DNA of 64,000 nt from an uncultured Oscillospiraceae bacterium (GTDB lineage: Bacteria; Bacillota; Clostridia; Oscillospirales; Oscillospiraceae): positions 29,823 to 93,822 of the forward strand of contig CAJUPW010000004.1 in NCBI GenBank assembly GCA_910588635.1, given 5' to 3'. Under the pieces are notes generated by a model, which had not been told where the DNA came from, ran no database searches, and was given only the letters and a program-made list of their open reading frames with translations. Below are positions 9,347-19,256 of this stretch, piece by piece. A program made the position numbers and the translations under genes. The stretch's first letter is position 1, and the number at the start of each line of letters is the position of its first letter.

Positions 9347-9853
9347 ATGTCCTTATCACCCATACCCCGGGGGGTCTACCCCTCGGTGACGGATATTGAC
9401 CCCAAGGCCCTGGCCGCCAAGGGGGTGCGCCTGGTGCTGGCCGACCTGGACAATACCCTGGCGCCCTACAAGGTGACCCAGCCGTCTCCGGAGATCATTG
9501 CCTGGAAGGAGGCGCTGAGGGCCAGCGGGATCGAGCTGTTCCTGCTGTCCAACAGCCGCAAGCCGGGCCGGGCGCAGAGGTTTGCCGAAAAGCTGGGCAT
9601 CCCCTGTCAGGGCCATTCGGGCAAGCCGAGGAGAGCGGGCTATCTCCGGGCCATGGAGCGCCTGGGCTGTACGCCGGAGGAGACCGTCATGGTGGGGGAC
9701 CAGATATTCACCGACACTCTGGGGGCCAACAACGCCGGGGTGACCCCCTTGCTGGTGGAGCCAATCCGTCTGGCGGGCAACCCGGGGCGGTACGTCCGGT
9801 ACGCCGTGGAGACCCCCTTCCGACTGCTGGGGAGGAGGAAGCCCTTTCTATGA
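9347..9853 (+). CDS. yqeG: YqeG-family HAD IIIA phosphatase
   Basis: DLDNTL, LSN, KP, MVGDQIFTD..GAN..G; GAGAGG RBS. Confidence 0.9.
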   Translation: MSLSPIPRGVYPSVTDIDPKALAAKGVRLVLADLDNTLAPYKVTQPSPEIIAWKEALRASGIELFLLSNSRKPGRAQRFAEKLGIPCQGHSGKPRRAGYLRAMERLGCTPEETVMVGDQIFTDTLGANNAGVTPLLVEPIRLAGNPGRYVRYAVETPFRLLGRRKPFL

Positions 9854-10707
9854 GCGCCAAATTCGGCCCGGCGGGCAACTCAGACAGCTTTTCCAAGGCC
9901 CACAGGTCCTCTCTGGCCGCCCCCAAATGGATTGCGGACTTCGGCCTGGACTGCTACGAGTACCAGTGCGGCAAGGGGGTCCATGTGGGGGAGGAAACCG
10001 CCGTCAAAATCGGGGAGAACGCCCGGGCGGCGGGAATTTCCCTGTCCCTCCACGCCCCCTATTTCATCAATCTGGCCAACCCGGACCCGGACGCCCTGAA
10101 AAAGACCGTCGGCTACATCACCGCCGCCTGTCAGGCGGCCCGGTGGATGGGTGCGGGGCGGGTGGTCATCCACTCCGGGGCGCTGATGGGGCGTGACCGC
10201 CGGGAGGCGCTGGAAATCGCCAAAAAGTCCCTGGTGGAGGTAATAGCCGCCTGTGACGGCCAGGGCTTCGGCCATATCGCCCTCTGCCCCGAGACCATGG
10301 GCAAGCTGGGCCAGCTTGGCGACCTGGACGAGGTGCTGGAGCTGTGCGCCCTGGACGGGCGGCTGGTGCCCTGTATCGACTTCGGCCACCTCTACGCCCG
10401 CTCCCTGGGGGCGGACGACGGAGCGGAGGCCTTCTCCCGGATGCTGGACCGGGTGGCCGGGGCGCTGGGGCCGGATCGGGCAGGCGCTTTTCACAGCCAC
10501 TTTTCCCACATTGAGTTCACCCCCAAGGGCGGGGAGAAATGCCACCGCACCTTCGGCGACGACGGAGGCTACGGCCCAAGCTGGGCCCCGCTGGCGGCGG
10601 AAATCGCCCGCCGGGGCTGGTCGCCGACGTTTATCTGCGAGTCCGCCGGCACCCAGGCCGAGGACGCGCGCGCCATGAAACAAATTTATCAGGAGTGTCT
10701 GCCATGA
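9850..10707 (+). CDS. Endonuclease IV-like TIM-barrel protein
   Basis: SLHAPYFINL, VVIHSG, CPETMGK, CIDFGH, HSHFS, ICES. Confidence 0.82.
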   Translation: MSAKFGPAGNSDSFSKAHRSSLAAPKWIADFGLDCYEYQCGKGVHVGEETAVKIGENARAAGISLSLHAPYFINLANPDPDALKKTVGYITAACQAARWMGAGRVVIHSGALMGRDRREALEIAKKSLVEVIAACDGQGFGHIALCPETMGKLGQLGDLDEVLELCALDGRLVPCIDFGHLYARSLGADDGAEAFSRMLDRVAGALGPDRAGAFHSHFSHIEFTPKGGEKCHRTFGDDGGYGPSWAPLAAEIARRGWSPTFICESAGTQAEDARAMKQIYQECLP

Positions 10708-11768
10708 ACCACATTGAAAAAATTGCCGCCCGGCTGCCCGAGTACGGCCTGGACGCCATGATGATTACCAGCGAATCCGGGGAGCGGTACGCCCTGGGCT
10801 TCCACGGAGAGGGCCTGCTGCTGGTGACCCGGGACGCTGCCCGATACTCCACCGACGGCCGGTACATCGAGGCCGCCCGGGAGCAGATCAGCGGGGCGGA
10901 AATCTGCCTCACCACCCCGGAGAAGGGGCACATAGCCTTTGCCAGGGAGTATATTGAGGCCAGACAGCTGCACAACGTCGGCTTTGAGAGCGGCGCCGTG
11001 ACGGTGGACGGCCACAAAAAGTACGCTCAGGCCCTACCCTGTGTCCTCACCCCCGCCCAGGACCTGCTGGACGGCCTGCGCGCCTCCAAGGACGAGGGGG
11101 AGCTGGCCCTCATGCGCCGGGCCCAGGAGATTACCGACGAGGCCTTCAAGGCCATTCTCAGCTTCATCCGCCCCGGTATGACCGAGCGGGAGATCGCCGC
11201 CCGGCTGGTGTACGAGCTGCTCAGCCGGGGGGGCGAGAAGGTGTCCTTCGACCCCATCGTGGCCGCCGGTCCCAACGGCTCCCGGCCCCACGCCGTCCCC
11301 GGGGACCAGATTGTGGAGACAGGCATGTTCATCACCATGGACTTCGGCTGCAAGGTGGGGGGCTACTGCTCCGACATGACCCGCACCGTGGCCCTGGGCC
11401 AGCCCACCCAGGAGATGGAGGAGGTGTACGCCGCCGTGCTGGCCGCCCAGAAGGCGGGCATCAACGCCGCCCGGGCGGGGGTCACCGGACAGGAGATCGA
11501 CGCCGCCGCACGGAACGTCCTCCGGGAGGCCGGGTACGGGGACTACTTCTCTCACGGCTTCGGACACTCTCTGGGAGTGGACATCCACGAGTCCCCCAAC
11601 GCCAGCTCCAAGGAGAAGCGTCCCATGCCCGTGGGGGCGGTCATCTCCGCCGAACCGGGGGTCTATATCCCGGGAAAGTTCGGGGTGCGCATCGAGGACG
11701 TGCTGATTTTGAACGAGACCGGCCGGGAGGACATCACCCGCTCTCCCAAGGACCTGATTGTACTGTGA
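10704..11768 (+). CDS. Xaa-Pro aminopeptidase (M24B)
   Basis: TDGRY, DFG..GYCSDMTRT, HGFGHSLG..IHE, EPGVY, GVRIED; ATGA overlap. Confidence 0.92.
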   Translation: MNHIEKIAARLPEYGLDAMMITSESGERYALGFHGEGLLLVTRDAARYSTDGRYIEAAREQISGAEICLTTPEKGHIAFAREYIEARQLHNVGFESGAVTVDGHKKYAQALPCVLTPAQDLLDGLRASKDEGELALMRRAQEITDEAFKAILSFIRPGMTEREIAARLVYELLSRGGEKVSFDPIVAAGPNGSRPHAVPGDQIVETGMFITMDFGCKVGGYCSDMTRTVALGQPTQEMEEVYAAVLAAQKAGINAARAGVTGQEIDAAARNVLREAGYGDYFSHGFGHSLGVDIHESPNASSKEKRPMPVGAVISAEPGVYIPGKFGVRIEDVLILNETGREDITRSPKDLIVL

Positions 11769-12280
11769 TGGGCAAGGAAAAAACCTGCTGCTTCACCGGC
11801 CACCGGCCCGACAAGCTGCCCTGGGGGGAGGACGAGGCCGATCCCCGGTGCCTGCGGCTGAAGAGGGCCGTTGCCCGGGCGGTGGAGGACGCCTATGTGT
11901 CGGGAATCCGGCACTTCATCTCCGGCATGGCCCGGGGGGTGGACCTGTACTGCGCCGAGGCGGTGCTGGAATTGCGGGAGGCGGAGCCGGACATCCTTCT
12001 GGAGTGCGCCCGGCCCTGTGAGACCCAGGCGGACGGCTGGCCGGCGGCGGAGCGGGAACGCTACAACGCCATCCTGGAGCGGTGCAATTACGAGACCCTG
12101 GTCCAGCACAGCTACGACCGCTTCTGCATGATCCGCCGCAACCGATACATGGTGGACCGATCCGATATGCTCATCGCCGTCTACAACGGGGCGCCCAAGG
12201 GGGGGACTTTCCAGACCCTGGCCTATGCCATGAAGAAAGGACTGACCATCCACACCATCGACCTGGAGGACTTTCTATGA
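11765..12280 (+). CDS. DUF1273/YpsA SLOG-family protein
   Basis: CCFTGHRP, FISGMARGVD, RNRYMVD, GGT motifs. Confidence 0.88.
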   Translation: MMGKEKTCCFTGHRPDKLPWGEDEADPRCLRLKRAVARAVEDAYVSGIRHFISGMARGVDLYCAEAVLELREAEPDILLECARPCETQADGWPAAERERYNAILERCNYETLVQHSYDRFCMIRRNRYMVDRSDMLIAVYNGAPKGGTFQTLAYAMKKGLTIHTIDLEDFL

Positions 12281-12849
12281 ACACCCTGATGCACATGTGC
12301 TGCGCTCCCTGTGCCAACCGGCCCATTGCCCTCCTCCGAGAGGAGGGGATTTCGGTGACCGGCTTCTGGTTCAACCCCAACATCCACCCCTACACCGAGT
12401 ACCAGGCCCGGAAGCGCACCCTGGAGGACTACGCCAGGGAGATCGGCATGAAGCTGGTCATCGGCGGGACCTACGACCTGCGCTCCTTTATCACCGCCGT
12501 GGCCGGGGACATCGACGGCCGGTGCGCATACTGCTACCGGGTGCGCATGGAGGAGACGGCCCGGTACGCCGCCGCCAACGGCTGCGACAGCTTTACCACC
12601 TCGCTGCTGATTTCCCCCTACCAGAACCACGAGGCCATCGCGGCGGCCGCCCGGGAGATGGGGGAGAAATATGGGGTGGCCTTCCTCTACCGGGACTTCC
12701 GCCCCCTGTTTCAGGAGGGCCAGCAGTTTGCCCGGGACCACGGCTTCTACATGCAGAAGTATTGCGGCTGCATTTTCAGCGAGGAGGAACGGTATATGGC
12801 GGCCAGGCGGAGGAAGAAGGCTGCTCAAAGCAAAAGTAACGAATCATGA
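12277..12849 (+). CDS. queH: Epoxyqueuosine reductase QueH
   Basis: HMCCAPC, FNPNIHP, RCAYCY, TTSLLISPYQ, QKYCGCIFS. Confidence 0.93.
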   Translation: MNTLMHMCCAPCANRPIALLREEGISVTGFWFNPNIHPYTEYQARKRTLEDYAREIGMKLVIGGTYDLRSFITAVAGDIDGRCAYCYRVRMEETARYAAANGCDSFTTSLLISPYQNHEAIAAAAREMGEKYGVAFLYRDFRPLFQEGQQFARDHGFYMQKYCGCIFSEEERYMAARRRKKAAQSKSNES

Positions 12850-12878
12850 TAGGGTTTTCATTGCATTTTATGAGAAAA

Positions 12879-12939
12879 ATTGTACCTCCTGCCATACTGT
12901 GAACCAGAATCAGGTTTGCGGTATGGCAGGAGGTACAAT
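12879..12939 (+). promoter_or_regulatory. 27-bp RNA hairpin sequestering the RBS of the downstream peptide
   Basis: 12879-12905 pairs with 12913-12939 (19 outer WC pairs, 3 G-U wobbles); right arm contains GGAGG. Confidence 0.8.
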
Positions 12940-12940
12940 C

Positions 12941-13036
12941 ATGATGAAAAAGTTTGGCAAGCTGGCGCTGACCCTGTTCAGCGCCGCCTCTGCGGCGGCA
13001 AGCATCTGTTTTTCATGGGGCGGGCACATCGAATGA
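12941..13036 (+). CDS. Unannotated 31-aa peptide
   Basis: AGGAGG RBS; MMKKFGKLALTLFSAASAAASICFSWGGHIE. Confidence 0.65.
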   Translation: MMKKFGKLALTLFSAASAAASICFSWGGHIE

Positions 13037-13047
13037 CCGCGACGCGG

Positions 13048-13416
13048 TTACGCGTCCTGTAAGGCGTCTTGGAAGGCCTCCAGAAGTTTCTCTTTCACGA
13101 AGGGCTTGTCGATAAATCCCTTGGCTCCGATCTGCTCGGCCTCTTTGAACGTATCGTCATAGGCCAGAGAGGACACCATAAGAATTTTCGCGTCCGGGTA
13201 GTCCTCCAGGATAGCCTGGGCGGCCTCCAGCCCGTCCATGCCGGGCATGATGATGTCCATGGTCACCAGATCCGGGGCGACCTCCCCGTATTGGGCCACA
13301 GCCTCCTCGCCGTCCCGGCAGTAGGCCGCCACCTCATAGTCCGTACCTTGAAGCAGATTTTTCATCTGCATGCAGATCATCCGGGAATCGTCCACTACCA
13401 TAACTCGTTTTGCCAT
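13048..13416 (-). CDS. Single-domain CheY-like response regulator
   Basis: VVDDS, PDLVTMDIIMPGMDG, KPF; no output domain. Confidence 0.9.
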   Translation of the reverse strand: MAKRVMVVDDSRMICMQMKNLLQGTDYEVAAYCRDGEEAVAQYGEVAPDLVTMDIIMPGMDGLEAAQAILEDYPDAKILMVSSLAYDDTFKEAEQIGAKGFIDKPFVKEKLLEAFQDALQDA

Positions 13417-13466
13417 TTTAAATTCGCCTCTTTCTGTCAAATAAAGCAAGTTTCAGGGACCGCGGG

Positions 13467-13922
13467 CTACCGCGGGACATGGTGCGTCAACTGGGCGCCT
13501 TCCTTCTGCGCGTCGGCGTATGTAAGCATAAACTGCGTCTGATGATTCTCAGGGGTGTAGCGTCCATGGTAAAAAGCAGGGATGCTGAAGCGCGCGGGCA
13601 CGCTGGTCTCACGAAACAGGATGGCGGCGATCTTTCCGCACAGAATGTTGAAATACTCCTTGCAGAAGTCCTCCATATCCTGCTGGGTAAGCTCCTCCTC
13701 TCCCAGGGCGTTCCGGGCCATGCGAAAGACCAGCTCGGTATCCGCGCACAGGGTCAGGCTGGTGTGAAATCCTTTGCTGAAGGAGATATGCACCGTGCAC
13801 AGATTTTCGTTGGGAGTCTCGCCGCTGGGGAAGAGCTGAACCCCGGCCGTCTGTTCCGTCACTTCCCGGACGGCTTCGTCCAGCAGGTTCGACAATTCCT
13901 GCTGCGACAGGGCTGTATTCAT
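13467..13922 (-). CDS. CheX-like chemotaxis phosphatase
   Basis: EYFNILCG (ExxN motif), SIP near C-terminus, 151 aa. Confidence 0.75.
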   Translation of the reverse strand: MNTALSQQELSNLLDEAVREVTEQTAGVQLFPSGETPNENLCTVHISFSKGFHTSLTLCADTELVFRMARNALGEEELTQQDMEDFCKEYFNILCGKIAAILFRETSVPARFSIPAFYHGRYTPENHQTQFMLTYADAQKEGAQLTHHVPR

Positions 13923-13946
13923 AAGCTCACTTCCTTTCCACCCAAT

Positions 13947-15653
13947 TCAGATCAGATGTATCCCGTCCTCCTGCAGTGTGGCCGCGCAAGGGGAGAGCCT
14001 GTCGTTAAAATGATGGGTGACGCTGTCGATGGTCAGCACCGCCCCCGGGAACACAGTGTTGCATGTCATCCGCCGCAGGCCGGGGTCCTGACCCTCCAGA
14101 ACCTGCTGGAGCTTTTCCTTTTGGAGCTCCTCCAGCCTGCCCCGGCTGAGGGTAAGCTGCATGCGCAGTTTGCCCATATGACTGATCTTGCTGGGACTGT
14201 CCGGCTGGCGGTCTATGCTTTCCATCGTATCCTGCAGCTCCTGAACCTCCTTGGTCAGCAGCTCATAGTCAAATTCCTCACAGGGCTGGCCGCCCAGAAC
14301 GATGTCCGTCCGGTTTCCCACCCGGGAGCCGATTACTCCCGCGCTCACCTCGTGGGCGGCGTGGACCTTTCCGCCGATAATGCTCTGGTGGCCGGTACGC
14401 ACCGTCACCGCGCCGCCGCAGTAGACGTCACAGTTGATAATGCACTCCGTCTCCAGGTCCATCTTGGCGTAGATGCAGCTGTTTTCCAAGTATTTGGCGA
14501 AAATATTCCGTTGAGCCCGGATCACGGCCTGATTGTCCCCTTGTACACCCCTGGCCACGATCAGGTCCCGACCGGCCTCCACCGTACAGGCCTCCACCAC
14601 GCCGTCCACCGTGATGGTCCCCATGGCCCGGACGCTGAAGCCGCTGCAGATGTCCCCGTGGATACAGACATCCCCCAAAAAATTGATATTCCCCACGGAA
14701 AAATCCACATTTCCCGGAATATCCAGCACCGGCTTGACCTGAAAGCTGCGGCCGCTGAACTCCACATGGCCGGCTATCGTGGACACCAGCGTCCGCCCAT
14801 CCTCCGACAAAGCTGTGTTGCGCCCCTTGGGCGCCGCGGCCGGTTTGCCGTTCTTGGCCGTGACCGCCTTGCCCTGGACCGTCCGGCCCGGTATTCCGTC
14901 GGTGGGCGGGATGATACGGCAGATCACGCCCCCCTTTTCCACATTATGGATAAAATGCAGGTCGGAGTAGTCCGCCCGGTTGTTCTCATCTATGGTAAGC
15001 TTCCGCTCCTCCGTGCGTGGGAACATATCCACCACCCGGCCGTCCAGGCCGTTTGCCGGCGGGGTGCCCCGGGCCACCGGGAAGAGCTTGAAGTAGCGCT
15101 CCGGGTCCTGGGGGATGGCGTTGAGCAGCTCCTCGTCTATGCCGCAGCGCACCTCCTGCTCCGCCAGTGTCCGGTCCAGGTCGGACCACTCCACCTGCCG
15201 GCCGTCTCCCACCGGGGGATAAATCAGCAGCCAGGCCGACAGACAGTCCTTGGACAGAAAAACCACCGCCTGGGCGTCCAGGTCGGGCAGCGAAAACTCC
15301 CCCTCTTCCTTGCGGTGGGCGCGCAGCGCCTCAAAGCGCTTGTTGGCCGTGGCGTTAATCAGCATTTTCAGCCGCAGCAGCTCCGCCTGGGCCTCCGCCT
15401 CAGGCAGAGGAGGCTCACCCGGCCCCTCCAGCGTCAGATCGGGCAGCGGCAGCCAGCCCGACTGCTCGTTGTAGACGCTTCTGAGCTTGAAAAGGCTGTG
15501 CTCCCGGGGCAGCTCAAGCTTGTGGCACGCCGGATTCTCAGGCGGCGGCGCGTCCTCGGACGGCTGATCCAGAAGCTCCTCCTCTTCCAGATCCTCCTGC
15601 TCCTCCGGCCTGCCGCCAAACAGACGGGATAGAAATGAGTTCTTAAATTCCAT
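13947..15653 (-). CDS. FapA (DUF342) family protein
   Basis: VARGTPP.NG.DG, GNVDFSVGNINF.GDV.I.G, beta-helix repeats, C-terminal coiled coil. Confidence 0.88.
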   Translation of the reverse strand: MEFKNSFLSRLFGGRPEEQEDLEEEELLDQPSEDAPPPENPACHKLELPREHSLFKLRSVYNEQSGWLPLPDLTLEGPGEPPLPEAEAQAELLRLKMLINATANKRFEALRAHRKEEGEFSLPDLDAQAVVFLSKDCLSAWLLIYPPVGDGRQVEWSDLDRTLAEQEVRCGIDEELLNAIPQDPERYFKLFPVARGTPPANGLDGRVVDMFPRTEERKLTIDENNRADYSDLHFIHNVEKGGVICRIIPPTDGIPGRTVQGKAVTAKNGKPAAAPKGRNTALSEDGRTLVSTIAGHVEFSGRSFQVKPVLDIPGNVDFSVGNINFLGDVCIHGDICSGFSVRAMGTITVDGVVEACTVEAGRDLIVARGVQGDNQAVIRAQRNIFAKYLENSCIYAKMDLETECIINCDVYCGGAVTVRTGHQSIIGGKVHAAHEVSAGVIGSRVGNRTDIVLGGQPCEEFDYELLTKEVQELQDTMESIDRQPDSPSKISHMGKLRMQLTLSRGRLEELQKEKLQQVLEGQDPGLRRMTCNTVFPGAVLTIDSVTHHFNDRLSPCAATLQEDGIHLI

Positions 15654-15811
15654 GCTTTCCCCTCCCCTTCCGCCGCCTCCCGGCGGGCTTAATTTTTTCT
15701 TAACATGTATTTTACCAGACAGACCGCCATTAAGCAAATGATTTTTGTTGATTTATTCTTAAAAATAAAAACGGCGCACGGGGTTGCCGTGCGCCGCTGC
15801 TCATATCTGTA

Positions 15812-17152
15812 TCATTTGTGATTGCTTCTGCGCCAGATGCCCATTTTCTCGGCGTCCTGAATGAGCTGTTCCCTGAACTGGGGGGCGGCGATGGAGATGA
15901 TGGCCTCGGCCCGCTCCCAGGTGGACAGGCCCTTGAGATTAATCATGCCGTGCTCGGTGACGATGTACTGCACGCAGGAGCGGGGGTCGGTGGCGATGGA
16001 GCCGGGGGTGAGGGTGGGGACGATGCGGCTCTTCACGGCGCCGTCCTTGCCGGTGACGGTGGAGGACATGCAGATAAAGCTCTTGCCCCCATTGGACAGA
16101 TAGGCGCCCATGACAAAGTCCAGCTGGCCGCCGGTGCCGGAGATGTGCTTCAGACCCGCGGATTCGGCGTTGACCTGGCCGAACAGGTCCATGTCAATGG
16201 CGTTGTTGATAGAGATGAAGTTATCCAGCTGGGCCAGAACGCGGACATCGTTGGTATAGTCCACTGGAGCGGCCATGACGGCGGGGTTGCGGTCCACATA
16301 GTCGTAGAGCTTCTGGGTGCCGGCGGCAAAGGCGTAGACCTGCCGGCCCCTGTCCAGGGCCTTGTTCCGCCCGGTGAGCTTGCCTGCCATGGCCATGTCC
16401 ACAAAGCCGTCCACGTACATCTCGGTGTGGACGCCCAGGTCCTTCAGATCGGACTGGGCGATCATGGAGCCCACGGTGTTGGGCATACCTCCGATGCCAA
16501 GCTGGAGACAGGCCCCGTTGGGAATCTGCTCCACGATGAGCCTGGCTACCGCCCGGTCCACGTCGGTAGGCTCGCCGCCCCCGCCCAGCTGGGCCACGGC
16601 GGGGTTGTCGCCCTCCACCACGCAGTCCACATCGGCGATGTTGATCTCGCTGCTGGTGAGGCCATAGACCCAGGGCAGGTTCTGGTTGACCTCTACGATG
16701 ATGGTCTTGGCCTTGTCCAGCATGTCGTGGAGGTGGGAGGCGGCCAGGGCGTAGCTGAAGTTGCCGTGGCTGTCCATGGGGGTGACCTGGATCATGGCCA
16801 CGTCCACGGACACGTTCTCCCGATAGAAACGGGGCAGCTCAGAGTAGCGCATGGGGGCGAAGAAGCCCATCCCCTTGGCGATGACCTTCCGGTCGATGCC
16901 GGAGCAGTGCCAGGAGTGCCAGGTGAAGTGGTCCCCGGCGTCGTCGGCCTTGGCGATCTCGGGCATCCACATGGTGACGCCCCCCCGCACCTTTACGTCG
17001 CTGAGCTCGTCCTTCCGGGCGGCCAGGGCGCGGTCCAGAGTCACGGGATGGTTGGTGCACCAGCCGTAGTCCACCCAGTCGCCTGACTTGACCACTTTCA
17101 CCGCCTGCTCGGGTGTGGTCAGCTTCTGCTGGTAAAGAGCCTGATAATCCAT
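15812..17152 (-). CDS. but: Butyryl-CoA:acetate CoA-transferase
   Basis: [45 protein letters not shown]. Confidence 0.88.
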   Translation of the reverse strand: MDYQALYQQKLTTPEQAVKVVKSGDWVDYGWCTNHPVTLDRALAARKDELSDVKVRGGVTMWMPEIAKADDAGDHFTWHSWHCSGIDRKVIAKGMGFFAPMRYSELPRFYRENVSVDVAMIQVTPMDSHGNFSYALAASHLHDMLDKAKTIIVEVNQNLPWVYGLTSSEINIADVDCVVEGDNPAVAQLGGGGEPTDVDRAVARLIVEQIPNGACLQLGIGGMPNTVGSMIAQSDLKDLGVHTEMYVDGFVDMAMAGKLTGRNKALDRGRQVYAFAAGTQKLYDYVDRNPAVMAAPVDYTNDVRVLAQLDNFISINNAIDMDLFGQVNAESAGLKHISGTGGQLDFVMGAYLSNGGKSFICMSSTVTGKDGAVKSRIVPTLTPGSIATDPRSCVQYIVTEHGMINLKGLSTWERAEAIISIAAPQFREQLIQDAEKMGIWRRSNHK

Positions 17153-17178
17153 ATTGATCTCCTCCTATGTTTGTTTAT

Positions 17179-17259
17179 GTAGGGGCCGCCGCCCTCGGCG
17201 GCCCGTTTTCAATAAATGATGCGCTGTCCTGCGGGCCGCCCAAGGGGGCGGCCCCTGCA
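17179..17259. repeat. REPIN-like inverted pair of GTAG-type palindromes
   Basis: GTAGGGGCCGCCGCCCTCGGCGGCCCG and inverted GCAGGGGCCGCCCCCTTGGGCGGCCCG. Confidence 0.6.
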
Positions 17260-17270
17260 GGGCGGGCAGA

Positions 17271-19181
17271 TTACCGGTCAATATCCAGATAGTAGGGCTT
17301 CATCAGACTGGCCTGCTCGGTGGAGTCCTTGGGCTGATTTTTTCGGGGCGGCTCGGGAGGTACACGCCGGTCCCGGCGGGGGGACCTGGAGAGTCCGCTC
17401 TTTTTTGAGGGAGCGGCCTTTCTGGGCGGCTCCTGCTTTGCCTTGACGGGCTTCTGAGCTTTTTTCAGCTGCTCCGTCCGGGCAGATTTCTGTGCCTTTC
17501 CGGACTGCTTCGCCTTGACGGGCGTCTGGGCCTTCTCAGGCCGTTCCGCTCTGGCCTTTCGGGGCTCCTCCGCTTTCTTTTTCGGCTGCTTTTTCTCACC
17601 CTTGGGCAGGATGGAGGACAGCAGAGACCGCCTCGGGGCCAGCAGCCGGGCGGTGGCGTCCATGACGGTGTCGCTGTCCAGGGGGTTGGGCCGGTAGAAC
17701 TCGGTGTTGGGCATGGCGTTGCCGGTGTCGATCAGAGCGCCGGGCCGTACGCCCCGCTTGGGAGCGGAGGGAGGCGTGGGCAGATAGTCAAAAGCGTCCT
17801 CCTCCGCGGGGGACGGGGTGGGACGGAGGATGACCTCCTCGGGCAGTCCGCCGGCCTTTTTCTTCCGGCGGCGCTTCTTCCTGGGTTCAGCCTGTGCCGC
17901 CTCAACGGCCTTCGCCGCCTCCAGCCCGGCCTGCTCGGCGGCTTTTTTGGCCTCCTCCCGCGCCCGGCGCAGCTCCCGGGCGGCCTGCCTGGCCTCCTGA
18001 TCCTCCTCGTTGATGATCTTGCCGTTCTTGTCCCGCTTAGGGGCCTCGAACACCCGCATGGGGAAGGGGTGGTCCTCCACCAGGGGCACCTTCCTGCCGA
18101 TGAGTCTCTCAATGTCCTTCAGGAGGGGCTTCTCCCCGAAATCGCAGAAGGCGATGGCCTCGCCCTCTCTTCCCGCCCGGCCGGTACGGCCGATGCGGTG
18201 GACGTAGGTCTCGGGCACCTCGGGCAGGTTGTAGTTGAACACATGGGACAGCTCCTCAATGTCCAGCCCACGGGCGGCGATATCGGTGGCCACCAGACAG
18301 CGGACGCGCCCGGCCTTGAAGTCGGCCAGCGCCTGTTGGCGGGCGGTCTGGCTCTTGTTGCCGTGGATGGCGGCGGCGGAGATGCCCGCCTTGGACAGAT
18401 CCCGGGCCACCTTGTTGGCCCCGTGCTTGGTGCGGGTGAACACCAGGGCGTTCTTGACCCGCTTCTCCTCTACCAGGTGTGCCAGCAGATTGGTCTTGTT
18501 CCCCTTGTCCACCAGGTAAAGGGACTGGCGGATCACCTCCACCGGGGAGGAGATGGGGTCCACCGCCACCTTGACGGGATTTTTCAGGAGGGAATTGACC
18601 AGCTCGGTGATCTCCGGGGGCATGGTGGCGGAGAAAAAGAGGGTCTGCTTCTTTTGGGGCAGCCACTTGAGAATCTTCCGCACGTCGTGGATGAAGCCCA
18701 TGTCCAGCATCCGGTCGGCCTCGTCCAGCACGAAGATTTCCAGGCTGTCCAGGGAAACAAAGCCCTGGTCGTGGAGGTCCATCAGCCGTCCCGGAGTCGC
18801 CACCAGGATATCCACGCCCCTTTTCAGGGCCTCCACCTGGGGATTCTGGCCCACGCCGCCGAAAATGACGGTGTGGCGCAGCTTGAGGTATCTGCCATAG
18901 GCCTGGAAGCTCTCGCCGATCTGGATGGCCAGCTCCCGGGTGGGGGTGAGGATGAGGGCGCGGATGGGGCGCTTGGGACCCGTTTTGGCCTCCAGCCGCT
19001 GGAGAATGGGGACGGCAAAGGCACAGGTCTTGCCGGTGCCCGTCTGGGCGCAGCCCAGCACGTCCCGCCCGGACAGGGCGGGGGGGATGGCCTTCTCCTG
19101 GATGGGAGAGGGTTTCTTGTAGCCCTGTTCCTCCAGGGCTTTGAGAATGGGGGCGTTCAGCCCCAGGTCCTTAAATTGCAT
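17271..19181 (-). CDS. DEAD-box RNA helicase (RhlE-like) with long basic tail
   Basis: [31 protein letters not shown]. Confidence 0.93.
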   Translation of the reverse strand: MQFKDLGLNAPILKALEEQGYKKPSPIQEKAIPPALSGRDVLGCAQTGTGKTCAFAVPILQRLEAKTGPKRPIRALILTPTRELAIQIGESFQAYGRYLKLRHTVIFGGVGQNPQVEALKRGVDILVATPGRLMDLHDQGFVSLDSLEIFVLDEADRMLDMGFIHDVRKILKWLPQKKQTLFFSATMPPEITELVNSLLKNPVKVAVDPISSPVEVIRQSLYLVDKGNKTNLLAHLVEEKRVKNALVFTRTKHGANKVARDLSKAGISAAAIHGNKSQTARQQALADFKAGRVRCLVATDIAARGLDIEELSHVFNYNLPEVPETYVHRIGRTGRAGREGEAIAFCDFGEKPLLKDIERLIGRKVPLVEDHPFPMRVFEAPKRDKNGKIINEEDQEARQAARELRRAREEAKKAAEQAGLEAAKAVEAAQAEPRKKRRRKKKAGGLPEEVILRPTPSPAEEDAFDYLPTPPSAPKRGVRPGALIDTGNAMPNTEFYRPNPLDSDTVMDATARLLAPRRSLLSSILPKGEKKQPKKKAEEPRKARAERPEKAQTPVKAKQSGKAQKSARTEQLKKAQKPVKAKQEPPRKAAPSKKSGLSRSPRRDRRVPPEPPRKNQPKDSTEQASLMKPYYLDIDR

Positions 19182-19256
19182 GAAATACTTCCTTTTCTCA
19201 TTCGCGCCGGAGTGCTTCTCCGGCACGGCCCGCGCTTTTCCCTGCGGGCTGGGGCA

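Noticed and set aside
12941..13036. Definitive AgrD call for the peptide
   Set aside because: Lacks the QPxxP-type tail, and no agrB, agrC or agrA is in the window
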